Shown here piece by piece: positions 10,130-19,934 of a DNA stretch of 64,000 nucleotides (its first letter is position 1; each line of letters starts with the position of its first letter). The notes below the pieces were generated by a model, which saw only the letters and a list, made by a program, of their open reading frames with translations, did no database searches and had not been told where the DNA came from. Both the position numbers and the translations under genes were made by a program. Source of the DNA: Burkholderiales bacterium (GTDB lineage: Bacteria > Pseudomonadota > Gammaproteobacteria > Burkholderiales > Burkholderiaceae_C); assembly GCA_038235025.1 (NCBI GenBank), contig JBBSUJ010000005.1, forward strand, positions 7,417 to 71,416. The letters run 5' to 3'.

Positions 10130-11407
10130 TTAAGCGGTAGCCCTCATATCCGGCGCGCGTGCCGCCACCCCTACGCCCACCATGCCCGCCGACATCACGC
10201 CCAGCACCAGCGCAGCGGCTGCGCCGTAGAAGATCGAATGCGTCATGCTGCGGTCCAGCAGCGCGCCAAACAGCGGTGCGCCCAGTGCAAAACCCAAGTC
10301 CAACCCTGAATACACGGTGCCATACACGCGACCGGTGGCACCCGGCGGCGCAGCGCGTTTGATCAGCATGTCGCGCGACGGCCCGGCCACGCCCGTGCCC
10401 GCACCCGCAATGGCCGCCACCCACAGCGCCGCCATGCCGGGCAGCAAGCCCGTACCCACCAATGCCAACAAACCGGCGCCGGAAAACATGGCAGTCGCAA
10501 TCACGCGTTCCAGCCGCTGCACGCGGGACACCAGAAAACCGCCCACCACCATGCCCGCCGCGCCAAACAGCATGTAGCCGGTGATGACCATGGCCGTCAG
10601 CGAGAGCGGCAGACCGTACATGCTGCCCAGCGCCGGACTGGCAAAGCTTTGCATGGCCGCCAGCGCGCAGGTACTGAAAAAGAAGAACGAGAAGCACAGC
10701 CAGATGGACGGCAACCTCAAGAACGCCATGGCGTGTTCGGGCTTGGCGCTCGCTGCAGCGGCAGGTGCGCCGTCGGCCCATTCACCCACGCTGTCGTCCA
10801 CCGCATCGCGGTTCCACCACATGATCGCCATCACCAGCAGCGCGACACCACTCGCGGCGAAGCAGGCGGTGCGCCAGGAACCGGTGGCGGTGGCAATACC
10901 CGCCATAAACACGGGGGCCGCCGCCCAGCCCAGGTTGCCGCTGATCCCATGCACCGAAAACGCATGACCCAAGCGCGGCTGCGACACCCGCTTGTTCAGA
11001 ATCGTGAAATCCACCGGGTGAAACGATGCATTGCCCAGCCCGGCCAACGCAGCCGCCACGGCCAAACCGAAATACCCAGGCGCCATGCCGGCCGCAAGCC
11101 CTGCTGCGGCAAAGCACGCCAAAGCGCCAAACAGCACAGGCCGCGCGCCGACGCGGTCGACCAGGAACCCAGCCGAAGCTTGCCCAAGACCGGACACTAC
11201 GAAAAATACCGACACCAACAGCCCCAACTCGGAATAGGTAAAACCAAACTCGCTGATAAACCACGGGAACAGCGGCGGAAGCAGCATGTGGAAGAAGTGC
11301 GACGTGGCGTGCGCGGTACCAATCAGACCAATGGTGCGTGCGTCCTGCCGCAGCGGCACAGGGTCGGACGAATGGGGAGCATGGTGAGCTGGGGCAGCGG
11401 TAGTCAT
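10130..11407 (-). CDS. MFS transporter
   Basis: 425 aa and very hydrophobic, with about 12 hydrophobic segments. It has an MFS-type loop (GFLVDRVGARP). Confidence 0.85.
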   Translation of the reverse strand: MTTAAPAHHAPHSSDPVPLRQDARTIGLIGTAHATSHFFHMLLPPLFPWFISEFGFTYSELGLLVSVFFVVSGLGQASAGFLVDRVGARPVLFGALACFAAAGLAAGMAPGYFGLAVAAALAGLGNASFHPVDFTILNKRVSQPRLGHAFSVHGISGNLGWAAAPVFMAGIATATGSWRTACFAASGVALLVMAIMWWNRDAVDDSVGEWADGAPAAAASAKPEHAMAFLRLPSIWLCFSFFFFSTCALAAMQSFASPALGSMYGLPLSLTAMVITGYMLFGAAGMVVGGFLVSRVQRLERVIATAMFSGAGLLALVGTGLLPGMAALWVAAIAGAGTGVAGPSRDMLIKRAAPPGATGRVYGTVYSGLDLGFALGAPLFGALLDRSMTHSIFYGAAAALVLGVMSAGMVGVGVAARAPDMRATA

Positions 11408-11539
11408 GCCACGATGGTAGGCCGGAACGATTCGGCCGGCATGCGATAGTTAGCCAACTTCTATCGCCATCGCGCCAAAACTGCAGCATGCCGGCGTTTT
11501 TCCATCAACGTGACCCGTCTCTTGTTCGTGATCTTGCCC

Positions 11540-12439
11540 ATGCCCATGAACCCAGAAACTACGCCCAAGGTGGTCGGCGCGCTAGACCCGCAGCTTTACG
11601 GCCCTACGCCACAGCGCCCGGTGCGCGCCAAGGTGCGGCGCTTGGCAGCGGCCACCCGCGTGGAACCGCACAGCCACCCGTGGGCGCAAATTGCGATGTC
11701 CGCAGACGGCGTGATTCGCCTCAGCACCGAGGCCGGCAGCTACCTGGTGCCGCCCTCACAGGCGCTGTGGATTCCACCGGACATGCGCCACACCATCACC
11801 ATGCTGGACGACGCGGACCTGCGCATCCTGTACCTGCATGTGCCGCGCGGACGCTGCGGCCCCGCCGCCGCACCGCTGGCGCAGGCCGACGCCTGGCGCG
11901 GCGCGCGCATGCTGGAAATATCGCCACTGCTGCACCTCCTGGTCCGCGAATTACCGGCCCACACCAACGACGGTTACGACGCTAGCGATGCCAGCGATGC
12001 ACACAGCGCCATGACGGCGCAAGAACGCCAGCGCGAACACCACGTCAGCGCGCTCATCCGCCAGGAACTGGCCCACGCCAACACCCGCCGCCTGGGCGTG
12101 GAACTACCGCGCGACAAGCGCCTGCGCCAGCTGTGCGAATCCGTGCTGGCGGAGCCCACCCGCCACGGCACCTTGGCCGCCTGGGCGCACGGCACTGGCG
12201 CCAGCCCGCGCACCGTGGCCCGCCTGTTTCAGGACGAGCTGCAAACCACCTTCACCCAATGGCACCAACAAGTGTTGCTGGCCAAGGCCGTATCGGTGGC
12301 CGCACGCGACTGGCCTATCGCGCACATTGCCGCCGAGCTGGGCTACAGCCCCAGTGCTTTCAGCGCCATGGTGCGGCGCAGCGTGGGGCAGACACCTGCA
12401 CAGTTTTTGCGCCGGCCGCCGCGCGCAAGCAGTGCCTGA
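11540..12439 (+). CDS. AraC family transcriptional regulator (cupin plus HTH)
   Basis: The ORF runs from GTG 11510. I prefer the ATG at 11540 (MPMNPE). It has a cupin-like N-terminus (EPHSHPWAQIAM) and a C-terminal AraC HTH (IAAELGYSPSAFSAMVRRSVGQTP). It is divergent from the MFS gene. Confidence 0.8.
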   Translation: MPMNPETTPKVVGALDPQLYGPTPQRPVRAKVRRLAAATRVEPHSHPWAQIAMSADGVIRLSTEAGSYLVPPSQALWIPPDMRHTITMLDDADLRILYLHVPRGRCGPAAAPLAQADAWRGARMLEISPLLHLLVRELPAHTNDGYDASDASDAHSAMTAQERQREHHVSALIRQELAHANTRRLGVELPRDKRLRQLCESVLAEPTRHGTLAAWAHGTGASPRTVARLFQDELQTTFTQWHQQVLLAKAVSVAARDWPIAHIAAELGYSPSAFSAMVRRSVGQTPAQFLRRPPRASSA

Positions 12440-12621
12440 ACGCTAGGAGCCTGTTTAACTCCCTGCGGTCTGTGACGGCACGGTCTCGGGCGGTCCACTG
12501 CGTTGCTTTTCTTGTCAATAGCTCGCTATTGCCTGCCAAAAAGGCGCCTTGCGGCCCATCCCTGTCCACACCATCACATCCTCGCGAGGGTTATGCAGGA
12601 CATCCCCAGACCTAAAAAATG

Positions 12622-12670
12622 GTCAAAATGGCCTTTAGCGCTGGTGGCTATTGGGCCACCAGCTATTTTT
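12622..12670 (-). repeat. REP-like element, copy 2 (minus orientation)
   Basis: The reverse complement reads aatagctggtggcccaatagccaccagcgctaaaggccatttt, which matches the family core. A degenerate palindrome, caatagctcgctattg, lies nearby at 12516-12531. Confidence 0.65.
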
Positions 12671-12734
12671 ATAGGAGCTTTCATCACCCAGCCGCCACGC
12701 TTGCCTGCATTTGCCGCTAACGTAACTTCCCTTA

Positions 12735-13373
12735 TTGAACCCCATCGCCCCTCCCACCGACACCCATTTCTACGAGCCCCGGCTTGGCCACGGCCTGCCG
12801 CATGACCCGTTTAACGCCATCGTCGGCCCGCGCCCGATTGGCTGGATTTCTACCTGCGCCGCAGACGGCACCCGCAACTTGACGCCGTACAGCTTCTTCA
12901 ACGCCTTTAACTACACGCCGCCCATCGTGGGCTTTGCCAGCATTGGCGAAAAAGACAGCCTGCACAACGCCCGCGCCACGGGCGAGTTTGTGTGGAACCT
13001 GGCCACCCGTCCGCTGGCCGAGGCCATGAACGCCAGTTGTGCGGCCGCTGCGCCCGAGGTCGATGAGTTCACCCTGGCAGGCCTGGCCAGCCTGCCATCT
13101 CGCTTGGTGCGCCCTGCGCGGGTGGCGCTCAGCCCGGTGCAGTTTGAATGCAAAGTGAGCCAGATTGTGCAATTGCAATCAGCCGCTGGCGAACCCGCCA
13201 ATAGCTGGCTGGTACTGGGCGAGGTGGTGGCCGTGCACATTACAAAGGCGCTGCTAAGGGACGGCGTCTACGACACTGCAGCAGGGCAACCCATCCTGCG
13301 CGGAGGCGGTCCGGCGGATTACTTCGCCATCACGCCTGAGCAACTCTTTCGCATGAAACGGCCGGCTGGATGA
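12735..13373 (+). CDS. Flavin reductase family protein (FMN-binding split barrel)
   Basis: 212 aa with a TTG start. The N-terminal GHGLPHDPFNAIVGPRPIGWIST...NLTPYSFFNAF is typical of flavin reductase-like domain proteins. Confidence 0.75.
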   Translation: MNPIAPPTDTHFYEPRLGHGLPHDPFNAIVGPRPIGWISTCAADGTRNLTPYSFFNAFNYTPPIVGFASIGEKDSLHNARATGEFVWNLATRPLAEAMNASCAAAAPEVDEFTLAGLASLPSRLVRPARVALSPVQFECKVSQIVQLQSAAGEPANSWLVLGEVVAVHITKALLRDGVYDTAAGQPILRGGGPADYFAITPEQLFRMKRPAG

Positions 13374-14515
13374 GCGAGCCCCTCGTTTCGCTGGGCCTGT
13401 TTGTGGCCGGTTTGATCGCGCTGATCGCCGGGGCGGATGTGCTGGTGCGCGGCGCGTCCAAGCTGGCACTGACGTTGGGGATTTCACCATTGGTCGTGGG
13501 CCTTACCGTGGTTGCTTTCGGCACCAGCGCACCCGAAATGGCGGTGGCGGCCAGCTCGGTGATCAGCGGTCAAACAGGCCTGGCGATGGGCAACGTGGTG
13601 GGCAGCAATATTTTCAATTTGCTGTTTATCTTGGGGATCAGCGCATTGGTAGCCCCGCTCATCGTTCACCAGCAAATCATTCGGCAGGAAATGCCGGTGC
13701 CGGTGGCGGGCTCTGCGCTGGTGCTGCTGCTCGCACAGGATGGCGCGCTCGGGCTGCTGGACGGCGCCGTGCTGCTGGCCTGCCTGCTGGCTTACACCAC
13801 CACGCTGGTGGTGCAATCGCGCCGGTTGACACGAACCTCGCGCGCATTGAGTGGGCACGGCGAAGTGGCGCCTACACAGGCAGGGCCTGAAGCGCCCAAA
13901 GGCTGGAGCGACCGTATTCCCGTGCAACTGGCGCTTATTGGAGGTGGCCTCGTTTTGCTGGTGCTGGTGCTGGGCTCGGACTGGCTGGTGACCGCATCGG
14001 TCGCGTTTGCCCGCTCTTTGGGCGTGAGCGAAGTGGTGATTGGCCTGACCATCGTGGCGGCAGGCACGTCTATGCCGGAAGTGGCCACCTCTGTGGCGGC
14101 AGCGCTCAAGGGCGAGCGCGATATCGCCGCAGGCAATGTCATTGGCAGCTGTACCTTCAACCTGCTGGGCTGCCTGGGCCTGTCCGGCGTGCTGGCTGGC
14201 AGCATGGGCAGTGGCGCGCCTCTCGCCAGTGTGGGTCTGCCAGTCGCGCAAAGCCTGTTGCAGTTTGATCTGTGGGTCATGCTGGCGGCCACCGTGATGT
14301 GCGTCCCACTGTTCGTGACCGGCCGCGAAATTTCCCGGTCAGAGGGCGCGCTGCTGCTAGGCGCCTTCGTGCTGTACATCCTTTACTTAGTGCTGGAGGC
14401 GCTCGCCGCGCCCGGCTTGCCAGCGCCGCTTACCTTGCTGTGGAGTGTGGTGCTGCCGGTGGTCGCGGTATCGGTGCTATCCGCGTTTCGTCGCCCCGCG
14501 AAGTTAAAGCCATAG
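13370..14515 (+). CDS. Calcium/sodium antiporter (CaCA/YrbG family)
   Basis: 381 aa. It has two alpha-repeat signatures (AFGTSAPEMAV and AAGTSMPEVATS) and an ATGA overlap with the upstream gene. Confidence 0.9.
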   Translation: MSEPLVSLGLFVAGLIALIAGADVLVRGASKLALTLGISPLVVGLTVVAFGTSAPEMAVAASSVISGQTGLAMGNVVGSNIFNLLFILGISALVAPLIVHQQIIRQEMPVPVAGSALVLLLAQDGALGLLDGAVLLACLLAYTTTLVVQSRRLTRTSRALSGHGEVAPTQAGPEAPKGWSDRIPVQLALIGGGLVLLVLVLGSDWLVTASVAFARSLGVSEVVIGLTIVAAGTSMPEVATSVAAALKGERDIAAGNVIGSCTFNLLGCLGLSGVLAGSMGSGAPLASVGLPVAQSLLQFDLWVMLAATVMCVPLFVTGREISRSEGALLLGAFVLYILYLVLEALAAPGLPAPLTLLWSVVLPVVAVSVLSAFRRPAKLKP

Positions 14516-14716
14516 TTTCACCAGAAAGGCTCTGGGGTCGCTCCTGCAGAATTCTGCAAAGCGTCTCCATCGCGGTAGTGACTGCGCCCGAGCAGGAGGC
14601 GGCTCACACGCTGCCGCGAATGCGCGTTTACAGATGGTTCAGCAGCGCTTTTGCTGCGGCGCGTGCGTCTGGCAGGCAGCTGGCAACCGTCTTTCGGCGC
14701 AGGCCACGGCCACCAC

Positions 14717-15160
14717 TCAGTACGATTTGTACGGCAGGTATTTGCCCGACATCGTGATGCTGACCCGGTCGCCCTGGGCATGGGGCTCACGCGCGAGGTT
14801 CATGCGAAAGTCGATGGCGCTCATGATGCCGTCGCCGAACTCCTCGTGAATCAGCTCTTTGAAGGTGCTGCCGTACACGCTGACCAGCTCGTAAAACCGA
14901 TAGACCAGCGGATCGGTAGGCACCGTTGTGGGGAGTGAGCCTTTGTAGGGCACCACCATCAGCCACAGACGCTCCTCATCGGACAACCCGAACAGCGCGC
15001 CGATGACCGATGCCTGCTCCGAAGTCATCGCCATCTGCCCCAGACAAGCAGCAGTGACCCACTCCTTGCTCAGACCCACCTTGGCGGCCACCTCGGACCA
15101 TTTGATGCCGCGAATGATGCGCGTGGCGATGATTTTTTCAGTAACGTCGAGTCGGGTCAT
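14717..15160 (-). CDS. cynS: Cyanase (cyanate hydratase)
   Basis: Internal ATG at 15160 with GGAG 6 nt upstream. The protein aligns along its length with E. coli CynS as I recall it (VTAACLGQ..., IPTDPLVYRFYE..., FGDGIMSAIDF..., ITMSGKYLPYKSY). Confidence 0.9.
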   Translation of the reverse strand: MTRLDVTEKIIATRIIRGIKWSEVAAKVGLSKEWVTAACLGQMAMTSEQASVIGALFGLSDEERLWLMVVPYKGSLPTTVPTDPLVYRFYELVSVYGSTFKELIHEEFGDGIMSAIDFRMNLAREPHAQGDRVSITMSGKYLPYKSY

Positions 15161-15250
15161 GCGGGGCTCCGGCGGTTGTGCAGATGAAAGAAGCGGCTCC
15201 CATGGCAGGAGCAACAAGCTTTAAGCAAAACCCGTGCCGTCGGTCGTGGC

Positions 15251-16309
15251 TCAATGCCTCGCGCAATCCGGCAACACTTTGGTGCGGCCCCACTGTTCCA
15301 GCCACGCCCACACCTGTTGCACGCCGTCGCGTCCAGGTTTTTGCAAACCGTGATCGGCTTCGGGCATTCTCCAATCGCAGTACGGCGCTGCCCTATGGCG
15401 CGCTTTGTGTGCGAAACGTTCATAGGCGTCCGGCGGCACCAGCGCATCCGCACCGCCCCACACCTGAAGGATGGGCCAGGGGCTTTGCAGTAGTGGCTCT
15501 TCCAAAGGCCAACGCCACAGGTCGCGCCAGTAACGCAGGCTGCGGCCTTCGTACACCGTACTGTCCGGTTCTTTGCCCGCCTGCACGTCGGCCAGTCTTC
15601 GCCATGCGGTACCTGCGCCTAGGCGCTGCGCTTGCCACTGCAGCGCGCTTACAGGATCAAGCCCGCTGGCGCCTATCAGCACCAAGCCAGCAAGCTGAGG
15701 CACTTCGGAGGCCAGGATGGGCAATAGTTCTGCTCCCTCAGAGAGACCGACCAGCCATTGCGGCAGCCGGGGCTCGTTCGCGTGCTCGGCCGCATATGCC
15801 TGCAGGGCGGCACTCGCGTGATTCGCCCATGCTCCGAGGGCATCCGCTTGAACAAAGGTGGGCGAACATTCGGCACTGTCTGTTGCGGAGAACGGCGAGA
15901 CCCAAGGCTTGTGCAACACCAACACTTCTGCGTGCAGCAGCCCGGCGAAATAACGCGGCGCTATCGGAGCCATGCCTGCGCAACCGGAACCCGGCACCAC
16001 GATGACGCGGTAGCGCGCCGGGGGCAACAGCGCAGGTCGCTCCAGCGCTATGAGCGTCAGCCCTTGGGCGCTCAGGAGGATGCGGGTATGAAAATTTCCA
16101 CCTACCGCTGGCGCTGGCGCTGGCGATGCCCGTGCCGGTGTCTGACTTTGCTCCGTCAAGGAGAAGGTTCTCTCCCCTGAGAGAATCGGCGAAGTACAGC
16201 CCGACAACGCTGCGCACCACAACACAGCGGCGCCACATATCGGACCACGCTGCAGATATGCAAAGGCCCGCATCAAGCGGGCCTTTGCAAGCGGACCCCA
16301 GCCCCTCAT
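15251..16309 (-). CDS. Alpha/beta-hydrolase-like lipoprotein
   Basis: 352-aa ORF with a lipobox (AALSGC) near the N-terminus and a GLSEG nucleophile-elbow motif. The start codon is ambiguous (16309 or 16273). Confidence 0.65.
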   Translation of the reverse strand: MRGWGPLAKARLMRAFAYLQRGPICGAAVLWCAALSGCTSPILSGERTFSLTEQSQTPARASPAPAPAVGGNFHTRILLSAQGLTLIALERPALLPPARYRVIVVPGSGCAGMAPIAPRYFAGLLHAEVLVLHKPWVSPFSATDSAECSPTFVQADALGAWANHASAALQAYAAEHANEPRLPQWLVGLSEGAELLPILASEVPQLAGLVLIGASGLDPVSALQWQAQRLGAGTAWRRLADVQAGKEPDSTVYEGRSLRYWRDLWRWPLEEPLLQSPWPILQVWGGADALVPPDAYERFAHKARHRAAPYCDWRMPEADHGLQKPGRDGVQQVWAWLEQWGRTKVLPDCARH

Positions 16310-16376
16310 ACGGCTGGGCGCTCGGGCTTTGCGACGCCCGCGTCATGCGATAGCGCACCGCGGGCGAAAAACCCCG

Positions 16377-17339
16377 TCACTTGAGAATAATGACCTGCTC
16401 AGGCGGCGCTTCGCGCACCGGCTCGCCGCGCTGCTGCATGGGCATGGGCTGGCCCTGACGAACCCCGCGCGCCAAATGCGCGTCGGTGTAGCCCAGCTGA
16501 CCGGCCATTTGCTGGTACACGTCCTGCGCCAGACTGACGGACGTTTCCTTCAATACCTTGGAGCGGTTCGGCGGTGCAATATCACCGCGGTTTGACAAGA
16601 TTTTGGTGTCGTTGCCTTCCCCTTGGGCAGAGAAAGCGGCCTTGATCTCATACGTGCGCGTGTTGATGAGCGAGAAGTCGGCCAGCAGTTGCAGGCCGTA
16701 CTGGCGTGTGGCGCTGCTGGTGCCCTGCAGGGGCGACAGTGCATCGGTGAAGTCGATGCTGGAGACCACGCCAAACAGAACGTAGTCAGCGCCTTTGAAC
16801 TCGCCTTTTTTGATACGGGCGATGACATCGGTCACATCGTTCTGGCGAACAGGCTTGGCCATCTTGCCGCCCTGTACTTGGTTGAGCACCTGTTCGGCCT
16901 TGCTGTTTTGCGGCGCGCCGGCGTCGAAGCCCTTGCCCTGCACCAGCTGGAAGTAAGTGCCCTGCAGGATGGCGCCTTTGATGTCGTTGCTGTAGCCACC
17001 CAGCTCGCGCATTTCAATGTAGCTGTAGCGGCCGGCGACATAGGTGCCGCTGGCCTGCTCGGACGCTTGCACGGATTGCTGACCGCCATAAGAGCCCCCG
17101 CCGCCGTACGGGCCGTAGCTGTGGCTACCGCCTTGGCTCGCCTGCGCGCTCATTTGGGCGCTGCGCTGGTAGGTACCCGCCATGAAGTATTCGGAGACGC
17201 GCTGTGCGTACGCGAGATTGGTGACCGCTATTTTGGGGGGCGTGCCTTGGGCGTGGGCACTGGTCGCGCCAGCACCCCACAGCGCGGCGGTGGCTGCCAG
17301 CACGGAAAGCGCTGTGTTCAGAGTGGTTGTGCGTTGCAT
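16377..17339 (-). CDS. Periplasmic CsgG/LpoB-superfamily-like protein
   Basis: ATG 17339 gives the signal peptide MQRTTTLNTALSVLAATAALWGAGATSAHA. The segments KIAVTNLAY... and ADYVLFGVVSSIDF resemble the CsgG/LpoB fold. There is a Gly/Ser/Tyr-rich low-complexity insert. Confidence 0.55.
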   Translation of the reverse strand: MQRTTTLNTALSVLAATAALWGAGATSAHAQGTPPKIAVTNLAYAQRVSEYFMAGTYQRSAQMSAQASQGGSHSYGPYGGGGSYGGQQSVQASEQASGTYVAGRYSYIEMRELGGYSNDIKGAILQGTYFQLVQGKGFDAGAPQNSKAEQVLNQVQGGKMAKPVRQNDVTDVIARIKKGEFKGADYVLFGVVSSIDFTDALSPLQGTSSATRQYGLQLLADFSLINTRTYEIKAAFSAQGEGNDTKILSNRGDIAPPNRSKVLKETSVSLAQDVYQQMAGQLGYTDAHLARGVRQGQPMPMQQRGEPVREAPPEQVIILK

Positions 17340-17353
17340 GGTGGGCTCCTGAA

Positions 17354-17962
17354 TCAGCGCGTGCTGGTCTTGCGGATTTCTTTCTCGTCTTGCCACTCGA
17401 TGGTGCCTTCCTCCACATCAAACAGCTTCAGAGTGAACTTGTAGTACACGTCCTTGGTCGCGGCGTTCTGCTTGACGATGCTGGTGAGCTCGCCTTCCAT
17501 GGTGTATTTGGCCGCAGTCATGTTGCCAATTTTGGCGGTGCTGCTCTGCTTGTACAGGCCGCTTTGGTTCTGACGCTGCAGCTCGTCCACGCCGCCCTGC
17601 ATTTCACGAATCGCGCGCACGAAGCGCACTTTGCCCGACTTGACCAGCGCGGTCTGGATCGAGCTCATCACGTTGGTGGTGTCGATGTACTCACTGGTCT
17701 TGTTCTTGACGGTAGAAATCGTCACCGTCGGGCGGCCCTGGAAAATGCCGGTCTCCAGCAGGCTACCGGTCATTTTCTCGGCAATCATTTGCAAATCGGT
17801 GGAGCCAAACTCGTTGGTTACCAGCTCGACTGCTTTGGCGTCACCGTAGTTGACCTGGCGGTCAAAGCGGACAACGGGGGACGAAAGGTTTTGGCAACCG
17901 GCCACCAGCAAGGTGGCAGCGGTCAAAGCCCAAACAAAGGTGCGGCGAATTTTCTGGTTCAT
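17354..17962 (-). CDS. lpoB: LpoB-family lipoprotein (penicillin-binding protein activator LpoB-like, COG3417)
   Basis: 202 aa with a lipobox (LVAGC). The body (GRPTVTISTVKNKTSEYIDT..., AKYTMEGELTSI) resembles LpoB/YcfM family proteins. It lies directly downstream of a ycfL-like gene, as in enterobacteria. Confidence 0.7.
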   Translation of the reverse strand: MNQKIRRTFVWALTAATLLVAGCQNLSSPVVRFDRQVNYGDAKAVELVTNEFGSTDLQMIAEKMTGSLLETGIFQGRPTVTISTVKNKTSEYIDTTNVMSSIQTALVKSGKVRFVRAIREMQGGVDELQRQNQSGLYKQSSTAKIGNMTAAKYTMEGELTSIVKQNAATKDVYYKFTLKLFDVEEGTIEWQDEKEIRKTSTR

Positions 17963-17987
17963 GGTGTTTTTCCTGCGGTGCGCTTGC

Positions 17988-18380
17988 TCAGCGCGATTCG
18001 ACGTTCATCTCCAGGCGCATGTCCTGGGCGGCGCTGGTGGGTGCTACGCTTTTGACGGTTTGCTGGCCCAGACCGAGCACCGCCATCTGTTTCCAGGATT
18101 CGCCATCGCCTACTTGGTTGCCGACGCTATCGAGCCAGCGGAAGCGGTAGAACACCACGCGGTCGCCGCGGCTCATGTTGGCCAAGTCGGCTTGCACAAC
18201 GAGGATGTCGTTCTTGCGCACGATACGCATCTCGCGCACGGCAATGTCTTTGGCCTCACCGCGCAGCGCCACTTTGGCAGCGACGGCCGGGGGTGTGGCC
18301 GGATCGTGCATCTGGGCATTTGCAGCGGTGAGCACCGCCAAAGCGGCCGCGCCTGCAGCTAGAGAGATTCGCAAATTCAT
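17988..18380 (-). CDS. YcfL family (DUF1425) periplasmic protein
   Basis: 130 aa with a signal peptide. It has the YcfL-like pattern VVQADLANMS...VFYRFRWLDSVGNQV...DMRLEM. Confidence 0.7.
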   Translation of the reverse strand: MNLRISLAAGAAALAVLTAANAQMHDPATPPAVAAKVALRGEAKDIAVREMRIVRKNDILVVQADLANMSRGDRVVFYRFRWLDSVGNQVGDGESWKQMAVLGLGQQTVKSVAPTSAAQDMRLEMNVESR

Positions 18381-18410
18381 GTGCGGGTTCCTGTGAGAAA
18401 AGAAGAGAAA

Positions 18411-19934
18411 TTAAGGAGCGGCGCTGGCGACCGGCTTGCTGCTCCTGCGGCGCTTTTGCGACTTGCGCGCAGGTGGTGGGGCAGTCGCCTCTGCGGCTTC
18501 CGGCGTACCCATTGCAGGCTGTGCAGACGGAGAAGCACTTGCCACGGAGGCAAGCAAGCCTACGGAGGCAACCTTGCCCATCAACACACTGTTGTTGTAC
18601 AGGCGCATCGGCACGATGGCGTACTGACCGTCGATCTGGACAGGCTCGGGCAAGGCACGGCCGTTAACGGTCAAGCGGTGCTTGCCCGGCGGCAAATAGC
18701 CGCGCGCCACATAGACCCGACCGGGCAACATACGCCACATGCGGTCATCCGCCTGCTCGGTGACCGTGGACGCGACTGCACCCAGAATGCCGCCGATCAG
18801 GCCGCCGTTTTTCTGGAGTTGGTCCTGGAGCACGCCTTTGGCGACGGCTCGGGTGACGCCGCGCAGCACCATGCCAGGCATTTGGTCCTTCAGAGCGCGA
18901 CGCGCCATGACGTTCACATCCACAATTTTTTCAAGCTTGAAGTTGTAGCCGTTGGCCGTAATCTGCCCCAGCGGCGCGTCGTTGGACGGCTGAATCACGG
19001 GGTAAGAGATGCTGGCAGTAATGAAACCACGGCCCGTGGGCACTGGCAAGGTGAACGCCTGCGGCTTACGCGCTGGAGCGTCGCCAGCTTCGATCAGGAA
19101 GAGCACGTCGGTCATGTGCTGCTTGCGCTTCCAGGTGAAACTGGTGCGACTATCGAGCCCACGCAGACCCTCTTCAAGCACACCGGTCTCGGGTTTGAGC
19201 TCAATCGCTTTGCGGTAGCCGGGCGCCGCCAAGCCTGGCTCGTTAAGCACTTCGTACAGGAAGCCTGCGAGGTAGTGCGAAAGGGCGTTGGAGTAACCGT
19301 TTTTGAGCGCCAGCACTTCCGGATCATTCAGCGTGTCGACCGGGTAGCCATTGATTTCTTTGCCGCTCGACTGCGCGCCCTTGGCCTTGGCTTCTTCTTC
19401 GGCCGCCAAAGTTTCTTTGGAACGGAATTCCGCAATCACCGCCTCGCGCTCGTGGGTTCGCTTGATATCAACCCGAGCGTTGTCGAGGTCGCCAATCGCC
19501 ACTCGGTTCAACGCAAGCGTGGTGGTAAGCCACACTTTTTCGTAGTCCTGGCCTTCATAGACGTTCAGGCGTTCGCTGATCAATGCCGCGCCCACTGTTC
19601 CAAACAGTTTCTGGGGATTGGTTTTGGCGGTTTCTTCCCAGGCTTTGACGCGGATATCGGCCAGCAACAAAGCGTTGGTGCTGTCGTCATAACGCTGCTC
19701 CATGCGCAGCAGTGCGCCACGCTCCATGTTGTACAGCACCGCTGTGCGCTCGTCTTCTGTGGTGGCCGAGGCCTCCAGCCGCGCCAACGCAGCGGGAACG
19801 CCGCCGCTTGCGCTGGCCGTCTGCATTTCAGTCGCCAGCTTGTCGTGGCTTTGCATGGTGGCGCAACCGGCCAGGGAAAAAGCCAGTGCGGCGGCCGCAA
19901 TGGCGCGCACACGTAATGGGTGAAAAACTGCCAT
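18411..19934 (-). CDS. Large lipoprotein of unknown function, first gene of the ycfL-lpoB cluster
   Basis: The ORF extends to 19988. The ATG at 19934 gives MAVFHPLRVRAIAAAALAFSLAGC (lipobox). It is about 507 aa with a basic, Ala/Pro-rich C-terminal tail. The family assignment (COG3014-like) is from memory only. Confidence 0.6.
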   Translation of the reverse strand: MAVFHPLRVRAIAAAALAFSLAGCATMQSHDKLATEMQTASASGGVPAALARLEASATTEDERTAVLYNMERGALLRMEQRYDDSTNALLLADIRVKAWEETAKTNPQKLFGTVGAALISERLNVYEGQDYEKVWLTTTLALNRVAIGDLDNARVDIKRTHEREAVIAEFRSKETLAAEEEAKAKGAQSSGKEINGYPVDTLNDPEVLALKNGYSNALSHYLAGFLYEVLNEPGLAAPGYRKAIELKPETGVLEEGLRGLDSRTSFTWKRKQHMTDVLFLIEAGDAPARKPQAFTLPVPTGRGFITASISYPVIQPSNDAPLGQITANGYNFKLEKIVDVNVMARRALKDQMPGMVLRGVTRAVAKGVLQDQLQKNGGLIGGILGAVASTVTEQADDRMWRMLPGRVYVARGYLPPGKHRLTVNGRALPEPVQIDGQYAIVPMRLYNNSVLMGKVASVGLLASVASASPSAQPAMGTPEAAEATAPPPARKSQKRRRSSKPVASAAP

